64,000 nucleotides of DNA. Source: a virus. Shown here in pieces: positions 27,183-36,773 of the stretch; positions within the stretch are counted from its first letter, which is position 1; each line of letters opens with the position of its first letter. The stretch lies in IMG/VR virus record IMGVR_UViG_3300028775_000009; one strand, written 5' to 3'. The position numbers were made by a program, and so were the translations under genes. Under the pieces are notes generated by a model. It searched no databases. It had not been told where the DNA came from and saw nothing but the letters and a program-made list of their open reading frames with translations.

Positions 27183-29306
27183 TTAGCGGGACGCCGCGCT
27201 ACCTATCGTAACAGCCCTGCCTGATACGTTGAGAGGTGGCGATATGGTGACCGCATAACAATCTGAAGCGTTGAATGCAGTATTCGGCGTCGTGCCACTA
27301 CCGTCTGGAGTTCCACTCATCGTGTTCAGATAGCAGTCCATCGCCGGGATGCTGTTGACCATGCCACCCAGCGCCATCGCTGAGGTTCCGCCTGCGCACT
27401 GGCTGTTATTGACCACCAAATAACCGTTATAGGTTCCGCTCGTACAGACCAGCAGGTTTCCACCGGTCACGTCGGGGCCGATCAACGGCCAAGGCTTTGC
27501 GGCTGGGATAAATGATGGTTTCGATGAGAATGCAAACGATGCAGGCATTGCGCTCTGACCTGCTCCGGTGTCACCCAGGGTCGGGACTGCACTCTGATAG
27601 GTTCCGATTGCTGTGGGAATCTCAGAGGTAGAGGAGCAGGTCGTAGACCAGCCGGTATCGGATGAGTTGCCGCACCATCTGACCGCGTTCGTCTTAGCAT
27701 CCCAGTTGCCCCACCGTAGAAGGGTTGAGGCCACACTTGGAGCGGTCGTGTCGTTGGTTACGCCATCGCCCCAGCCGAGGTCGTATATTTCACCGGTGGT
27801 ATTAGATGTAGTGTCGGTACCCTGATACACCGAAGCGAATCCCGGCTTCCCGATTACGTTGCCCACGATGCTCAGCGCACGGTTATAGCTTAGTGCAGCA
27901 AAAGCCCAGTTCCAGAAACCGTCATTATTCGCATTTGCCGAGCCAGCAGACCACCCATAAACCTGATTGCGGAAGTAGGTAGACATACCGCCAGAGCCGT
28001 GTACGTCGTCGGACTTGTAGCCGGGGGTTATATTGCCTTCCCAGAGAACGTCCATCACTCCGGGATTGTGGTTTGTAGTCGTTAGCCCTAGAGGCCCACC
28101 GGGTGTTGTATTCGGTGCGCCTGAAGGTGAATTGCACTGCGTCCCGTTCTGGCAGAACAGGTCGAGAATGTCGTAGTTGTAGGCCCTGACCGTTCCCGTA
28201 TCCAGTTGGGTCATCTGTGGCGAGGAAACCTGCTGGTAGATGTTGTTGACGATCAGATTGTCCGAGGTCAGAAAGCTCTCATGCCCGTAACTTGAACTGA
28301 GCGCGTTCTTGGTGCCCCAAGCATAGTTGTTCATAATCGTGATGTGCGCAGCGTCGGCAAGCTGGATATGTGATCTTCCGGGTAGGTAAGTCGCTAGTCC
28401 AGTAGCCCAATCATTCGCGGAATTGAAGAATGAAATATTGAGCGAACTGGAATTTCCCGTATCCAGGCGGTCATCGATGGTCAGGTTTTCTATTCCGGCG
28501 TTCTGCACGGTAGATGAAGGCCACCACGCGCCCGGATTGTTACTGCTAGACCAGTTCTGTCCGTACAATCCGGGTGATATGGTGAAGGTCGATCCTGACG
28601 TACACGACGGGGAGCACGCGGTAATCTGCACCATCTGCGCAATACCGTGATCTACTCCGCTAACCACGCGGAACCCATTACCGGGCTGTATGGAGCACGT
28701 TGTAGGGTTCGTGTCACAAAAGAACATGTTGCCCGTAGGCGAGGCTACGTTGGCTTGGTCGAGGATGATATATTTGCCGACGCTGAGTCCGTTGCTGCCC
28801 ACAGAGGTGAGGGTTATATTGGTAGTCCCCTGCGTGAATCCTGCCGTCCAAGTCGCTGCATTCGAGCCACCCGGTTGGACCGTAGACGCACCGGAAAACG
28901 TGTTCGAATCCGATGTAAAGCAGACAATGGCTGAACATGCACCACCCGAATACCCGCCCGCAGGGACGACCAAAAGGGTCTGGTTCGCGCCGGAGCCCCT
29001 TAGGGTCACATTTGACTTCAGATTGATCGACGCCGTGATGCTATAGGTTCCAGGATTCAGTAACACTACTTCATTCGATGCGCATCCAGTGATCGCTGAG
29101 TTGATGTTAGCGGCAGTCACCGACTGCGCAAAGCTTGGTGCTTGGCCAGCCGTTCCCAGGGTTGAGCAGATTGTGCTACGTGTAGGAATACCGCCAACTA
29201 CACCGGCAGATGTCCAGTCTATAGTGCGGCTTGAATCAATGACTCCGGAGGTTAGTTGCGCTGCGCACGGAAGCGATAGGAGGAGGAAGCAGATAAATTT
29301 TCTCAT
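27183..29306 (-). CDS. Pectate-lyase-like beta-helix tailspike/depolymerase with signal-peptide-like N-terminus
   Basis: INSAITGC...VVLLNPGTYSITASINLKSNVTLRGSGANQT; N-terminus MRKFICFLLLSLPCAAQ; the ATG overlaps the upstream TGA. Confidence 0.7.
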   Translation of the reverse strand: MRKFICFLLLSLPCAAQLTSGVIDSSRTIDWTSAGVVGGIPTRSTICSTLGTAGQAPSFAQSVTAANINSAITGCASNEVVLLNPGTYSITASINLKSNVTLRGSGANQTLLVVPAGGYSGGACSAIVCFTSDSNTFSGASTVQPGGSNAATWTAGFTQGTTNITLTSVGSNGLSVGKYIILDQANVASPTGNMFFCDTNPTTCSIQPGNGFRVVSGVDHGIAQMVQITACSPSCTSGSTFTISPGLYGQNWSSSNNPGAWWPSSTVQNAGIENLTIDDRLDTGNSSSLNISFFNSANDWATGLATYLPGRSHIQLADAAHITIMNNYAWGTKNALSSSYGHESFLTSDNLIVNNIYQQVSSPQMTQLDTGTVRAYNYDILDLFCQNGTQCNSPSGAPNTTPGGPLGLTTTNHNPGVMDVLWEGNITPGYKSDDVHGSGGMSTYFRNQVYGWSAGSANANNDGFWNWAFAALSYNRALSIVGNVIGKPGFASVYQGTDTTSNTTGEIYDLGWGDGVTNDTTAPSVASTLLRWGNWDAKTNAVRWCGNSSDTGWSTTCSSTSEIPTAIGTYQSAVPTLGDTGAGQSAMPASFAFSSKPSFIPAAKPWPLIGPDVTGGNLLVCTSGTYNGYLVVNNSQCAGGTSAMALGGMVNSIPAMDCYLNTMSGTPDGSGTTPNTAFNASDCYAVTISPPLNVSGRAVTIGSAASR

Positions 29307-31285
29307 GGCGTCACCGGGTATTCTGCTGCGCCCGACCACTGCACTGCTACACCGTCGATGCAGATCGTGTTTCCGGCATCGCCGTTATCACCACCGAACC
29401 CAAAGGCGAAGTTGGTCGGTGATCCGGATTGCGCCGGGTTAGAGGCTTTCTGCTGGGTCGAAAGCAGGTTGCCGAGAGAGTCGTAAATCTCTTGTGTATG
29501 CGCCGAGGTTGATACGTTTCCGGTCGATAGCGATCCGCTGCCGAAGGAGTTGATGCCAGTCATGGTCAAATTTGTTCCCACGTTGGACGTCACGATTCCG
29601 GTTATGCCGTTCGTCGTCCCGTTGAAGAAACTGACTACGGTATTGGCAGCTAGGCCTAGCGCGGTGGCAGTCGTGATCGTGCACGATCCCGTGACCGCCG
29701 TGCAGGATGATGTGCCTGTGGTCGCAACATTATAGCCAACAAACTGCTCGTTGATGTAATACCAGGGGATGATGACCCAGCTTGTCGCCGTACCGCTGCC
29801 GTAAGCCTTATGCGAGTTGACTACTAGCGTCGTTCCGGTATCAGACGTGACTTGTGCCAGCATCGCCCCAGACGCTGTGCCAAGGTTGTTGCTGGTTGCA
29901 ATCTCCACCCAAGTGCCAGCAGCGAGGCCTAATGATGTCGCAGTGGTAAAGGTCAGTGCCCCCGTCCCCACCGTGTTCGAAGTGGTCGAGGAGCCGGTCG
30001 TCCACTGGAAGGCCCCGTTGGGGATCGTTCCGCCCAGACTTGTAGCCGGGTTTGCGAAGTCATCATTCCCGTTCAGGTTCAGGTGGGTCTCGACATAGAG
30101 CGTCCCGTTGTGGTGCATCAACGAGGAAAAGTCACCGCCGTTATTAGGCCCGAACATCGAATAGAACGTTCCCGTTTCGCCAGCAGCGATGAAGGGCAGA
30201 TCCCATGCCGCAATCAGCATTACATTAGGGTTGGCCGGGAGCGCCAGCGGCATCACGTATTTCATCTGCGCGGAGAGGTTGGCTGCTGCCGTGATATTCG
30301 CCAGCCCTCTCGTGCCGGAGGAGTCGGTGTTCGAGGTTCCAGCAATATTCTTTCCTGTTATCTGTGGTGGCGATTGACATGCCGATAAAATCTCTTGTGT
30401 CCCCGGTGTAGTTGCTGGAACTGTAAAATTGCCCGATGCGCCATTCAACTGTCCCGCGCTCACCGCACTCGCTACCGCAATAGGCTGTGTGATTGCCGTA
30501 CCACTAGTTGAAGTCTCGAAGTTGAAGAACAGATCGAAGGTATTTCCAACTGACGCAGGCAGAAATCCAACTTGGTTCACCGCCGCCACACCCCCCGTAG
30601 TCCACGACCATGTTCCGTTGATTGCCGCAGCGGTAGTCTGCACATCATAGGCAAGCCCGTAAGCGGTCGTGTTCGACACATTGAAGTGTGAATTAGTAAT
30701 GGTATAGGGAGAGGAGACTGTCGGTCCTGCCGTGGCCGAACCATTCGCCCAACTAGTTACGATAAGGTTATTGGCGCTTACCGGAGTCATCGAACCTGCT
30801 GCAAGGGTGCTGACACTTGTAGCCGCTCCAGCCTGCGTGAACTGGCCTATGGGAGCCGAGTGAGCCACCCCGGAGAAACAGGCAATGGCGCTCGATGCAA
30901 AGGTAGTTCCAGTCCATGTAAAGGTCTCGGAAGCATTTGTGATTAGGTTTGGGGCGTAGTAGACGCGGTTGTTTTCGGTTCCTCCGCCGCAGGTCGTATC
31001 GCATTGCAGGTAGGGTCCATACCAGATGTTGCCCGCGAGATCGGCAACCGATCCGGCAGTTCCGTTCGAACCGAAGTCAGAGACCGTCCATATACAGATA
31101 TTTGCGCCAGTAGTGTTGACCGCGCTCGTAGTGCAGTTTCCTCCGCTCGACGTGTTGTTGCAGGAGGTATTCGCAATCAGGCCGATGCCGGTAACCCCCT
31201 GCATATTCACAATGTAGGAGAGCATCTGCGCTCTCGCGGGGAGGCAGAGCGCCAGCAATATGATAAGAACTAGTGGTTTATCCAT
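29303..31285 (-). CDS. Thr/Ser/Gly-rich tail-fibre-like protein with signal-peptide-like N-terminus (660 aa)
   Basis: MDKPLVLIILLALCLPARAQ; fibre-type modules TTSAVNTTGAN and AQVTSDTGTTLVVN..GSGTATSW. Confidence 0.55.
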   Translation of the reverse strand: MDKPLVLIILLALCLPARAQMLSYIVNMQGVTGIGLIANTSCNNTSSGGNCTTSAVNTTGANICIWTVSDFGSNGTAGSVADLAGNIWYGPYLQCDTTCGGGTENNRVYYAPNLITNASETFTWTGTTFASSAIACFSGVAHSAPIGQFTQAGAATSVSTLAAGSMTPVSANNLIVTSWANGSATAGPTVSSPYTITNSHFNVSNTTAYGLAYDVQTTAAAINGTWSWTTGGVAAVNQVGFLPASVGNTFDLFFNFETSTSGTAITQPIAVASAVSAGQLNGASGNFTVPATTPGTQEILSACQSPPQITGKNIAGTSNTDSSGTRGLANITAAANLSAQMKYVMPLALPANPNVMLIAAWDLPFIAAGETGTFYSMFGPNNGGDFSSLMHHNGTLYVETHLNLNGNDDFANPATSLGGTIPNGAFQWTTGSSTTSNTVGTGALTFTTATSLGLAAGTWVEIATSNNLGTASGAMLAQVTSDTGTTLVVNSHKAYGSGTATSWVIIPWYYINEQFVGYNVATTGTSSCTAVTGSCTITTATALGLAANTVVSFFNGTTNGITGIVTSNVGTNLTMTGINSFGSGSLSTGNVSTSAHTQEIYDSLGNLLSTQQKASNPAQSGSPTNFAFGFGGDNGDAGNTICIDGVAVQWSGAAEYPVTP

Positions 31286-33426
31286 ACGCCAAATCCCGCC
31301 CCAAATGCGCTGTAGTGAGTTGAGTCAAGACCTTCGATGCAAAGCGCATCACCTTTTGCACCGCCCGAAACCAGCGTTCCCGTCGTCACCGTTCCGTTAG
31401 TTCCCCCATAAGCGATAAAGACGCTGGTGGTTGACGTGATCGTTAGAACACCAGTCTGACCGGGATAATTTGTAAAGCAATACGTCTTTCCTAAAACGGG
31501 AGCATCGACGACCCAATTGAAAGCCCCCCCACTATTATTGACGTAAACGCCAGATACTCCCGTCAGCGTTAGCGGTGATCCGCTCGTCGATACTATTGTC
31601 GGCGTAATGTTCGTGTAGGCTGTCGTCGCTAGTTTGGTTGAGTTGTCGCCAGCAGTCTGAGTGGTTGCGGTCACGCCGTTGGGTAGAGCTGGCGTTCCCG
31701 AAAGGTTGGCCGCAGTTCCAGAGATGCTGCCCGAAGGGATGACGTAATCCGTACCTGCCGTGGCCGCCGAGAGGCTTCCAGCGGCATCCTTTAGTAGTCC
31801 GGTCAAAGATGATGGTCCCTGAGTTGTCCCGAGATTGCCCGTCAGTCCAGAGAAGGCTGTAACCGGAGTGATCCACGAACATACGGACTGCGTGACTCCA
31901 TTGACCGTACCGGGAACCGCAAACGCCATCACCTGCCCCGCTGTCGGGCTGGCTGCACACATCTGCTGAAAGTAGGTTTGCGTGCCAGTAGTGGTGCCAA
32001 TCCAGCCGTTGTACGCGGTCGGCAAAAGGGTAGTTGGAACCGTACCCGATCCCACGCCAAGAGCAAATGCTCCCTGCGTGCTGCCCGTCGACGCAAACCC
32101 GCCAGCCGAAGCGATACCGCCGGCACCACCGTAGGTCAGCGTGTTTGCTGTCGTCTGGCTGTCGTCGAGGTTGGCGTCCGAAGTTGGAGCTGCACCAGCC
32201 CCACCACCAAGAAGAAGGTGCCCTGCCGCAAGTACGGCCGATGAGGTCAGCACGGTCGCGCTCGAGAAATATGGGATGCCGCCGGAGTTGGTCGTGCCAG
32301 CCACGGTCTGCGGGAAACTGATGGAGCCGCCAGTAATCGAGTTGCAGCCAAAACCGGTGCCCGTCGTCCAGATAAGGGCACTACTCCCAGCCGTCGAGCA
32401 GGACGGCATAGGCAGCGCAGATGGAGACCCGCTGGCGATCGCGCCTACAACCGTGTTAGCCGCCTGCGATGCTAGGCCGCTCAAGCTTAGGGCTGCACTG
32501 AGGCTGCCGGCGCTCCCTGACGTGTTCGCAGCGTTGTTCGGGATGTCGGATGAGACAAGAGCACGGAAGCTATAAGCCCCCGTCCCGCCAGTGGCAGGCC
32601 CCGCAAGCACCGAATTTTGAACCGCGGTCGAAGCCGTGAATGCCAAGGCCGGCGCGGTCGTCGGATTGGCCCCCAGAGCTGCCGTGAAGAGTGGGGATAG
32701 GTTACCAGTGGTGAAACTCGTTAGGCCGCCCGTGACCGTCGATAGCGCCCATGCTGTACCCGTCCAGTTCAAGTAGCCGGTCGTTAGAGACGGCAAAAGG
32801 TGATTGATTAGTCCAACGACCTCGGTCGCCCCACCGGTCGAGCCGCTGATCGCGTCTCCGGACAACTGGTTGAAGGTTCCGGTTCCACCGCAAGATCCCC
32901 ACGCAGTCGTAAAGCATCGGAAGGTGTTGTCAGTGACCCGGAAGTACTGGCTCCCGCCTACGCCTGGGACTTCAGTGTCGTTGTACGCGCCAGCCAAACT
33001 GTTGACAGCGATGCGCGGCGCCACGATGACTGCGTTGATTTGGGTTGTGATGCTCTGAGACGCCCCTGTCACCGCCAGGGGAGTCGTTGAGTAGCAGGGC
33101 GTGTTCGCCATCTGAGGACAGACTTTGAGGGACCAGCCGCTTGCCGGAGGGTTCGTCGCTGGAGTCGTTCCGGTGGTCGACGTCACCACTTGCGAAAACG
33201 ACCCGGTTCCATCGAGGGTGCCGGAGAAGGTGAGCGTAAATGCCTGGCCCGCGACTACGGGGACACCGCCAGCCGGGTTGTAGACAAAGGTGAGCACGTA
33301 AGTGCCGTTCGCCCACGCCTGACTATCGGAGTCGGTTACGGTAGCAGAGAGAGTCGTTGTCGCCGCGAAGACTGCAGGGGTAATCGCTAGGATTATGAAC
33401 CAAAACAGTTTTCGAAGCGCCTTCAT
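31270..33426 (-). CDS. Tail-fibre-like protein with signal-peptide-like N-terminus
   Basis: MKALRKLFWFIILAITPAVFA, then LSATVTDSDSQAWANGT (fibre N-domain-like) and TTQTAGDNSTKLATTAY (tail-fibre motif); GAGGT RBS. Confidence 0.6.
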   Translation of the reverse strand: MKALRKLFWFIILAITPAVFAATTTLSATVTDSDSQAWANGTYVLTFVYNPAGGVPVVAGQAFTLTFSGTLDGTGSFSQVVTSTTGTTPATNPPASGWSLKVCPQMANTPCYSTTPLAVTGASQSITTQINAVIVAPRIAVNSLAGAYNDTEVPGVGGSQYFRVTDNTFRCFTTAWGSCGGTGTFNQLSGDAISGSTGGATEVVGLINHLLPSLTTGYLNWTGTAWALSTVTGGLTSFTTGNLSPLFTAALGANPTTAPALAFTASTAVQNSVLAGPATGGTGAYSFRALVSSDIPNNAANTSGSAGSLSAALSLSGLASQAANTVVGAIASGSPSALPMPSCSTAGSSALIWTTGTGFGCNSITGGSISFPQTVAGTTNSGGIPYFSSATVLTSSAVLAAGHLLLGGGAGAAPTSDANLDDSQTTANTLTYGGAGGIASAGGFASTGSTQGAFALGVGSGTVPTTLLPTAYNGWIGTTTGTQTYFQQMCAASPTAGQVMAFAVPGTVNGVTQSVCSWITPVTAFSGLTGNLGTTQGPSSLTGLLKDAAGSLSAATAGTDYVIPSGSISGTAANLSGTPALPNGVTATTQTAGDNSTKLATTAYTNITPTIVSTSGSPLTLTGVSGVYVNNSGGAFNWVVDAPVLGKTYCFTNYPGQTGVLTITSTTSVFIAYGGTNGTVTTGTLVSGGAKGDALCIEGLDSTHYSAFGAGFGVWINH

Positions 33427-33436
33427 TTGAATCACC

Positions 33437-34000
33437 TCAAGCTTGCATGAACCCTGCTACAAACGTATCTCCACTGGTGCCGTCAATCCAGAACTCGCTC
33501 GTCTTGAGCGTGTCCGCCAAGTCAGTTGCCGAGAGGTACGGGTTTGCTCCTGTCGGAAGGTTGACTACCCAGAAAACGGACGAGTCGCCAACTGCGACCG
33601 TAGAGGCGTTGCCCAGATACATCGGGCTGGTCGACGTCACTGGCTCTACCCAAACCTTCATCGCGTCTTCGTTGACCACAACATACTCGCCGCTGGCGTG
33701 ATTCTTTAGTAGGCCGGATACTGTGATCGACGGGGTTACCGTATTGATCGAAGCGATGATGCCGAGGTCAAGCGCGCCGCCGGGAACAAAGGCCGCCTTT
33801 AACCCAACAAGCACATGATCGCCCGTCTTCATGCCGACGATCGACACCACCGGCAGAACGGTCTGCGACGGGTTGCTGCCTGGATTCGTATTTTGAGAGT
33901 ATGGGTCGAGTGTCTGCACCCCAGCCCCGTTCATGGTGGTGCCGAAGACTGGTTGCGACGCTGCCCCAAGTGCCTGAATTCCCCTATATGGACGAATCAT
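33437..34000 (-). CDS. Hypothetical virion-block protein (187 aa)
   Basis: Coupled ORF in the late operon. Confidence 0.65.
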   Translation of the reverse strand: MIRPYRGIQALGAASQPVFGTTMNGAGVQTLDPYSQNTNPGSNPSQTVLPVVSIVGMKTGDHVLVGLKAAFVPGGALDLGIIASINTVTPSITVSGLLKNHASGEYVVVNEDAMKVWVEPVTSTSPMYLGNASTVAVGDSSVFWVVNLPTGANPYLSATDLADTLKTSEFWIDGTSGDTFVAGFMQA

Positions 34001-34344
34001 TAGTCATCACCTCTCCGGCGGGTAATCGGGTTGCGACCGTAGCTCATAGGAGCGCAGCAGTCGCCGAGGTCGGATTGGCGCTCACCCTCTTTCCGATTTT
34101 CGAACGAGCCTACAGCGCGGATATCCCCCACCGAAGCTCGCACGTTGTCCATAATCGAGGCAGTCTCGACGCGCTTCACGTACTTTCCCATCTTCATCGG
34201 ATTCTCGCTCGGGACGTAGTCGACGCAATCCTTTGTCCGCAGACGGCTGCGATCAACGAAGAAGTTATCCGTCGCGGAGTGCGTGTTCACCGGAATCTCA
34301 ACGCCGTTACCTGCATCCAACTTGCGAAATGGCTGATATGCCAT
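34000..34344 (-). CDS. Hypothetical protein (114 aa)
   Basis: GGAGG RBS, coupled. Confidence 0.65.
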   Translation of the reverse strand: MAYQPFRKLDAGNGVEIPVNTHSATDNFFVDRSRLRTKDCVDYVPSENPMKMGKYVKRVETASIMDNVRASVGDIRAVGSFENRKEGERQSDLGDCCAPMSYGRNPITRRRGDD

Positions 34345-34346
34345 GG

Positions 34347-34685
34347 CTACCTCCCGTTGTAGTGAAACTTTCTTCGGTACGTCTCCTTGATCCCCTGTTT
34401 TCTCGCCTGGGGCGGAGCATTGAAATTCTTCGCGTCCATGTTGCGGACAACACTCGCAAAGTTATAACGCTGCTCCGCCTCGCCGAGCTGACGCGCACTC
34501 GTGACTCGGATGGGTTTCCCGTGCTCGTCGTGTACATGCTGAATCGTCAGGTCGGCATAGGGGTTGGTGCAGGTAGCTTCCACCTTCTCGCGGACGCACC
34601 TGCAGTCTACGCCTAGAAAACGACCCGCCGTAAAGCGAACTCGAAAAACGATCTCCCCGCACTCATCACACGTCAACGCGCCCAT
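34347..34685 (-). CDS. Zinc-ribbon hypothetical protein (112 aa)
   Basis: MGALTCDECGE...DCRC; the ATG follows the upstream TAA by 1 nt. Confidence 0.6.
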   Translation of the reverse strand: MGALTCDECGEIVFRVRFTAGRFLGVDCRCVREKVEATCTNPYADLTIQHVHDEHGKPIRVTSARQLGEAEQRYNFASVVRNMDAKNFNAPPQARKQGIKETYRRKFHYNGR

Positions 34686-34686
34686 A

Positions 34687-35700
34687 TTAATAGTCGTCCC
34701 ATCCACCACCTCCGCCGGCCATGATCGGATGCATCGCATCCCATAGACCGCCGCCAGGGGTATAGTACGGCAAACCTTCGCCTGGATATATAAGATTCGT
34801 TCGATACAGGTTCTCATCATTGTCGGCCATCTTCAATAGCTCAGCCTCAAAGTCAGCACGTTTGCGCGCAGACTCCGCCGCATCGTAGTACGGATTCTGC
34901 CTCGGGCCACGCCAGATCAGAGCCTCGGCAATCGCGTGCTTGATGACCACGTCCGCCCGTATATAAGGCGGGAGCGCATCCGAATCGTTGACCAGATTCG
35001 GCGGCTGCGTGTACGCCAAAAACGGAAGCGCCTGCTGAATCCACGACAACGGGTAGAGTTCGATGATGTAGTTTCCGTTTGAGTCTGGTGGCACCGCAGC
35101 GACGCCCCACGGAAAAACTCCGCCCGACTGCCTCCATGGGTCAATATTGTTGAGGAGGTCCTGGGTCAGATTCAGGCGAATCTTGATCGCCTGAATCATA
35201 TTCACCATCGTCTTGATGTACTTGATGTTCGGCCCGATATTGAAATAGTACTGCGCGATGAAGTAGCCGCTCGAAACCGATGGCGAACCCCACGGCATCT
35301 CCAGCGTCAACACCTGGTTCACTGTGTCCACGCCGATGATCGTGTAGATAGGATTGTTGTAGCCGATACGGAACTGCCGACCGACTACATCGGCTGTCCA
35401 TGCGGTGTTCGTCCCCACCACTGAAGCCGATCCCAGCGTCGTCGCCGCAGTACCGCCAACAATCGCGGCAGGGCAAACAACCTGGCCTTTAGTGAATAGC
35501 CCGTACCACGTCTTGCGATCGTAGATCGTCCTGACGGCGTCGTTGATCCATTGGCCGGCGATCGCCGTCGCATCTGGATTCACAGAATTGATTCGCCCGA
35601 TCATCTGGCCGAAGTTCATCTGGTTGACGTAAGGATTTACGCCCTGAGTTGGAAGAACTTGGTTTGGGATTTGGACGGAGGTGGAAGGGATTATCGGCAT
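34687..35700 (-). CDS. Head-tail adaptor ring-like protein (337 aa)
   Basis: MNFGQMIGRIN...WINDAVRTIY..TWYGL and C-terminal LVNDSDALPPYIRADVVIKHAIAEALIW. Confidence 0.55.
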   Translation of the reverse strand: MPIIPSTSVQIPNQVLPTQGVNPYVNQMNFGQMIGRINSVNPDATAIAGQWINDAVRTIYDRKTWYGLFTKGQVVCPAAIVGGTAATTLGSASVVGTNTAWTADVVGRQFRIGYNNPIYTIIGVDTVNQVLTLEMPWGSPSVSSGYFIAQYYFNIGPNIKYIKTMVNMIQAIKIRLNLTQDLLNNIDPWRQSGGVFPWGVAAVPPDSNGNYIIELYPLSWIQQALPFLAYTQPPNLVNDSDALPPYIRADVVIKHAIAEALIWRGPRQNPYYDAAESARKRADFEAELLKMADNDENLYRTNLIYPGEGLPYYTPGGGLWDAMHPIMAGGGGGWDDY

Positions 35701-35730
35701 AGAACGACTCTCCCTTCCTTCCGGATTAGA

Positions 35731-36069
35731 TTACTCGCCAGAGGCGTAAACGATGACACCGAAGATGAAGGTGGTCATATCGACTGCGTTTGCAACTTCA
35801 GCACCAGCGATATAGGCCTGGACCTTACCAGTCTGCTCGTTGTAGACAATGGTATAACCAGCGCCAGCCGTGTTGACTGAAATCTGACTTATACCAATGA
35901 TGCCGTTACTCGTGGCTCCTGGACCACCAGTTGCAGCCAAACCCCAAAGCGCACCAGTCACGGCAATACCGCCAGTGGCGTAGACTCCGAGACTGAGCGT
36001 GTCGACCGCAACCGGCACCGTCCCAAACAGATTGAAATTGTCTCCCGCTCGTCCTGCCGTAGCTGCCAT
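35731..36069 (-). CDS. Small structural protein (head decoration-like)
   Basis: GGGAG RBS; Gly/Ala/Thr-rich beta pattern two genes after the MCP. Confidence 0.5.
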   Translation of the reverse strand: MAATAGRAGDNFNLFGTVPVAVDTLSLGVYATGGIAVTGALWGLAATGGPGATSNGIIGISQISVNTAGAGYTIVYNEQTGKVQAYIAGAEVANAVDMTTFIFGVIVYASGE

Positions 36070-36105
36070 GGTGATGCTCCCTTATTGAAGTCGCTACGTC
36101 CTCGA

Positions 36106-36717
36106 TTAGTTGAGGAATGGTACGTAGAGGTCGGCCAGCCCACTTGCCAGCGTAGTAAGTGCGTAAGCAGCCACGCGCTGAGGAGACGCGGTCGCGGTCA
36201 CGGTGTGGCCGGTGGTGAAAGCTCCGGTCGCGCCGTAGATCGAGTCGCCAACAGTGCAGGCGGTTGGAGCCGCATTTGGCAAAAACCCGCCAATATGGAT
36301 GAAGCACCAGTTGCCGTTGATGTTGGTGGCAGTCGACAGGCTCGGCACCGAGGTGGTGTTAGGAAGCAGCCAGCCGGCAACATTGTTGATACCACTTGCG
36401 CCACCGAAGGACTCGGAAAGAAGACCGGTGACCACGGTGAAGGTCTCATCCTTCCAGTAGACGATGGCTGGGCCAGCGAGGATCGCCTGCGACGCGGTCG
36501 GGTTGTACCGAACGTATTTCAGAAATCGCGGAGACCCAACGCCATTAGTCGAGATCGTGGCGGGGCTCGGCTGGGTCATGTAGATCCCGCCGGGAGTGTT
36601 CATCGCACCATTGGTCAACGAGTTGTTGCCGTTGGTATTGGTCGTCACGTAGCTGTCGATGGTCGTCAGCGCGCTGCCGCTATCGATTACCGGAAAATTC
36701 AATCCCATGAATCCCAT
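36106..36717 (-). CDS. Capsid cement/decoration-like protein (203 aa)
   Basis: Immediately after the MCP; GGGAG RBS before ATG 36717; KYVRYN and GNWCFIHIGG patterns. Confidence 0.55.
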   Translation of the reverse strand: MGFMGLNFPVIDSGSALTTIDSYVTTNTNGNNSLTNGAMNTPGGIYMTQPSPATISTNGVGSPRFLKYVRYNPTASQAILAGPAIVYWKDETFTVVTGLLSESFGGASGINNVAGWLLPNTTSVPSLSTATNINGNWCFIHIGGFLPNAAPTACTVGDSIYGATGAFTTGHTVTATASPQRVAAYALTTLASGLADLYVPFLN

Positions 36718-36773
36718 GATGCGTCTCCCTTTGCAGCCAAATGAATTTCTACGCCTAGAAGCATCACCCCCGA

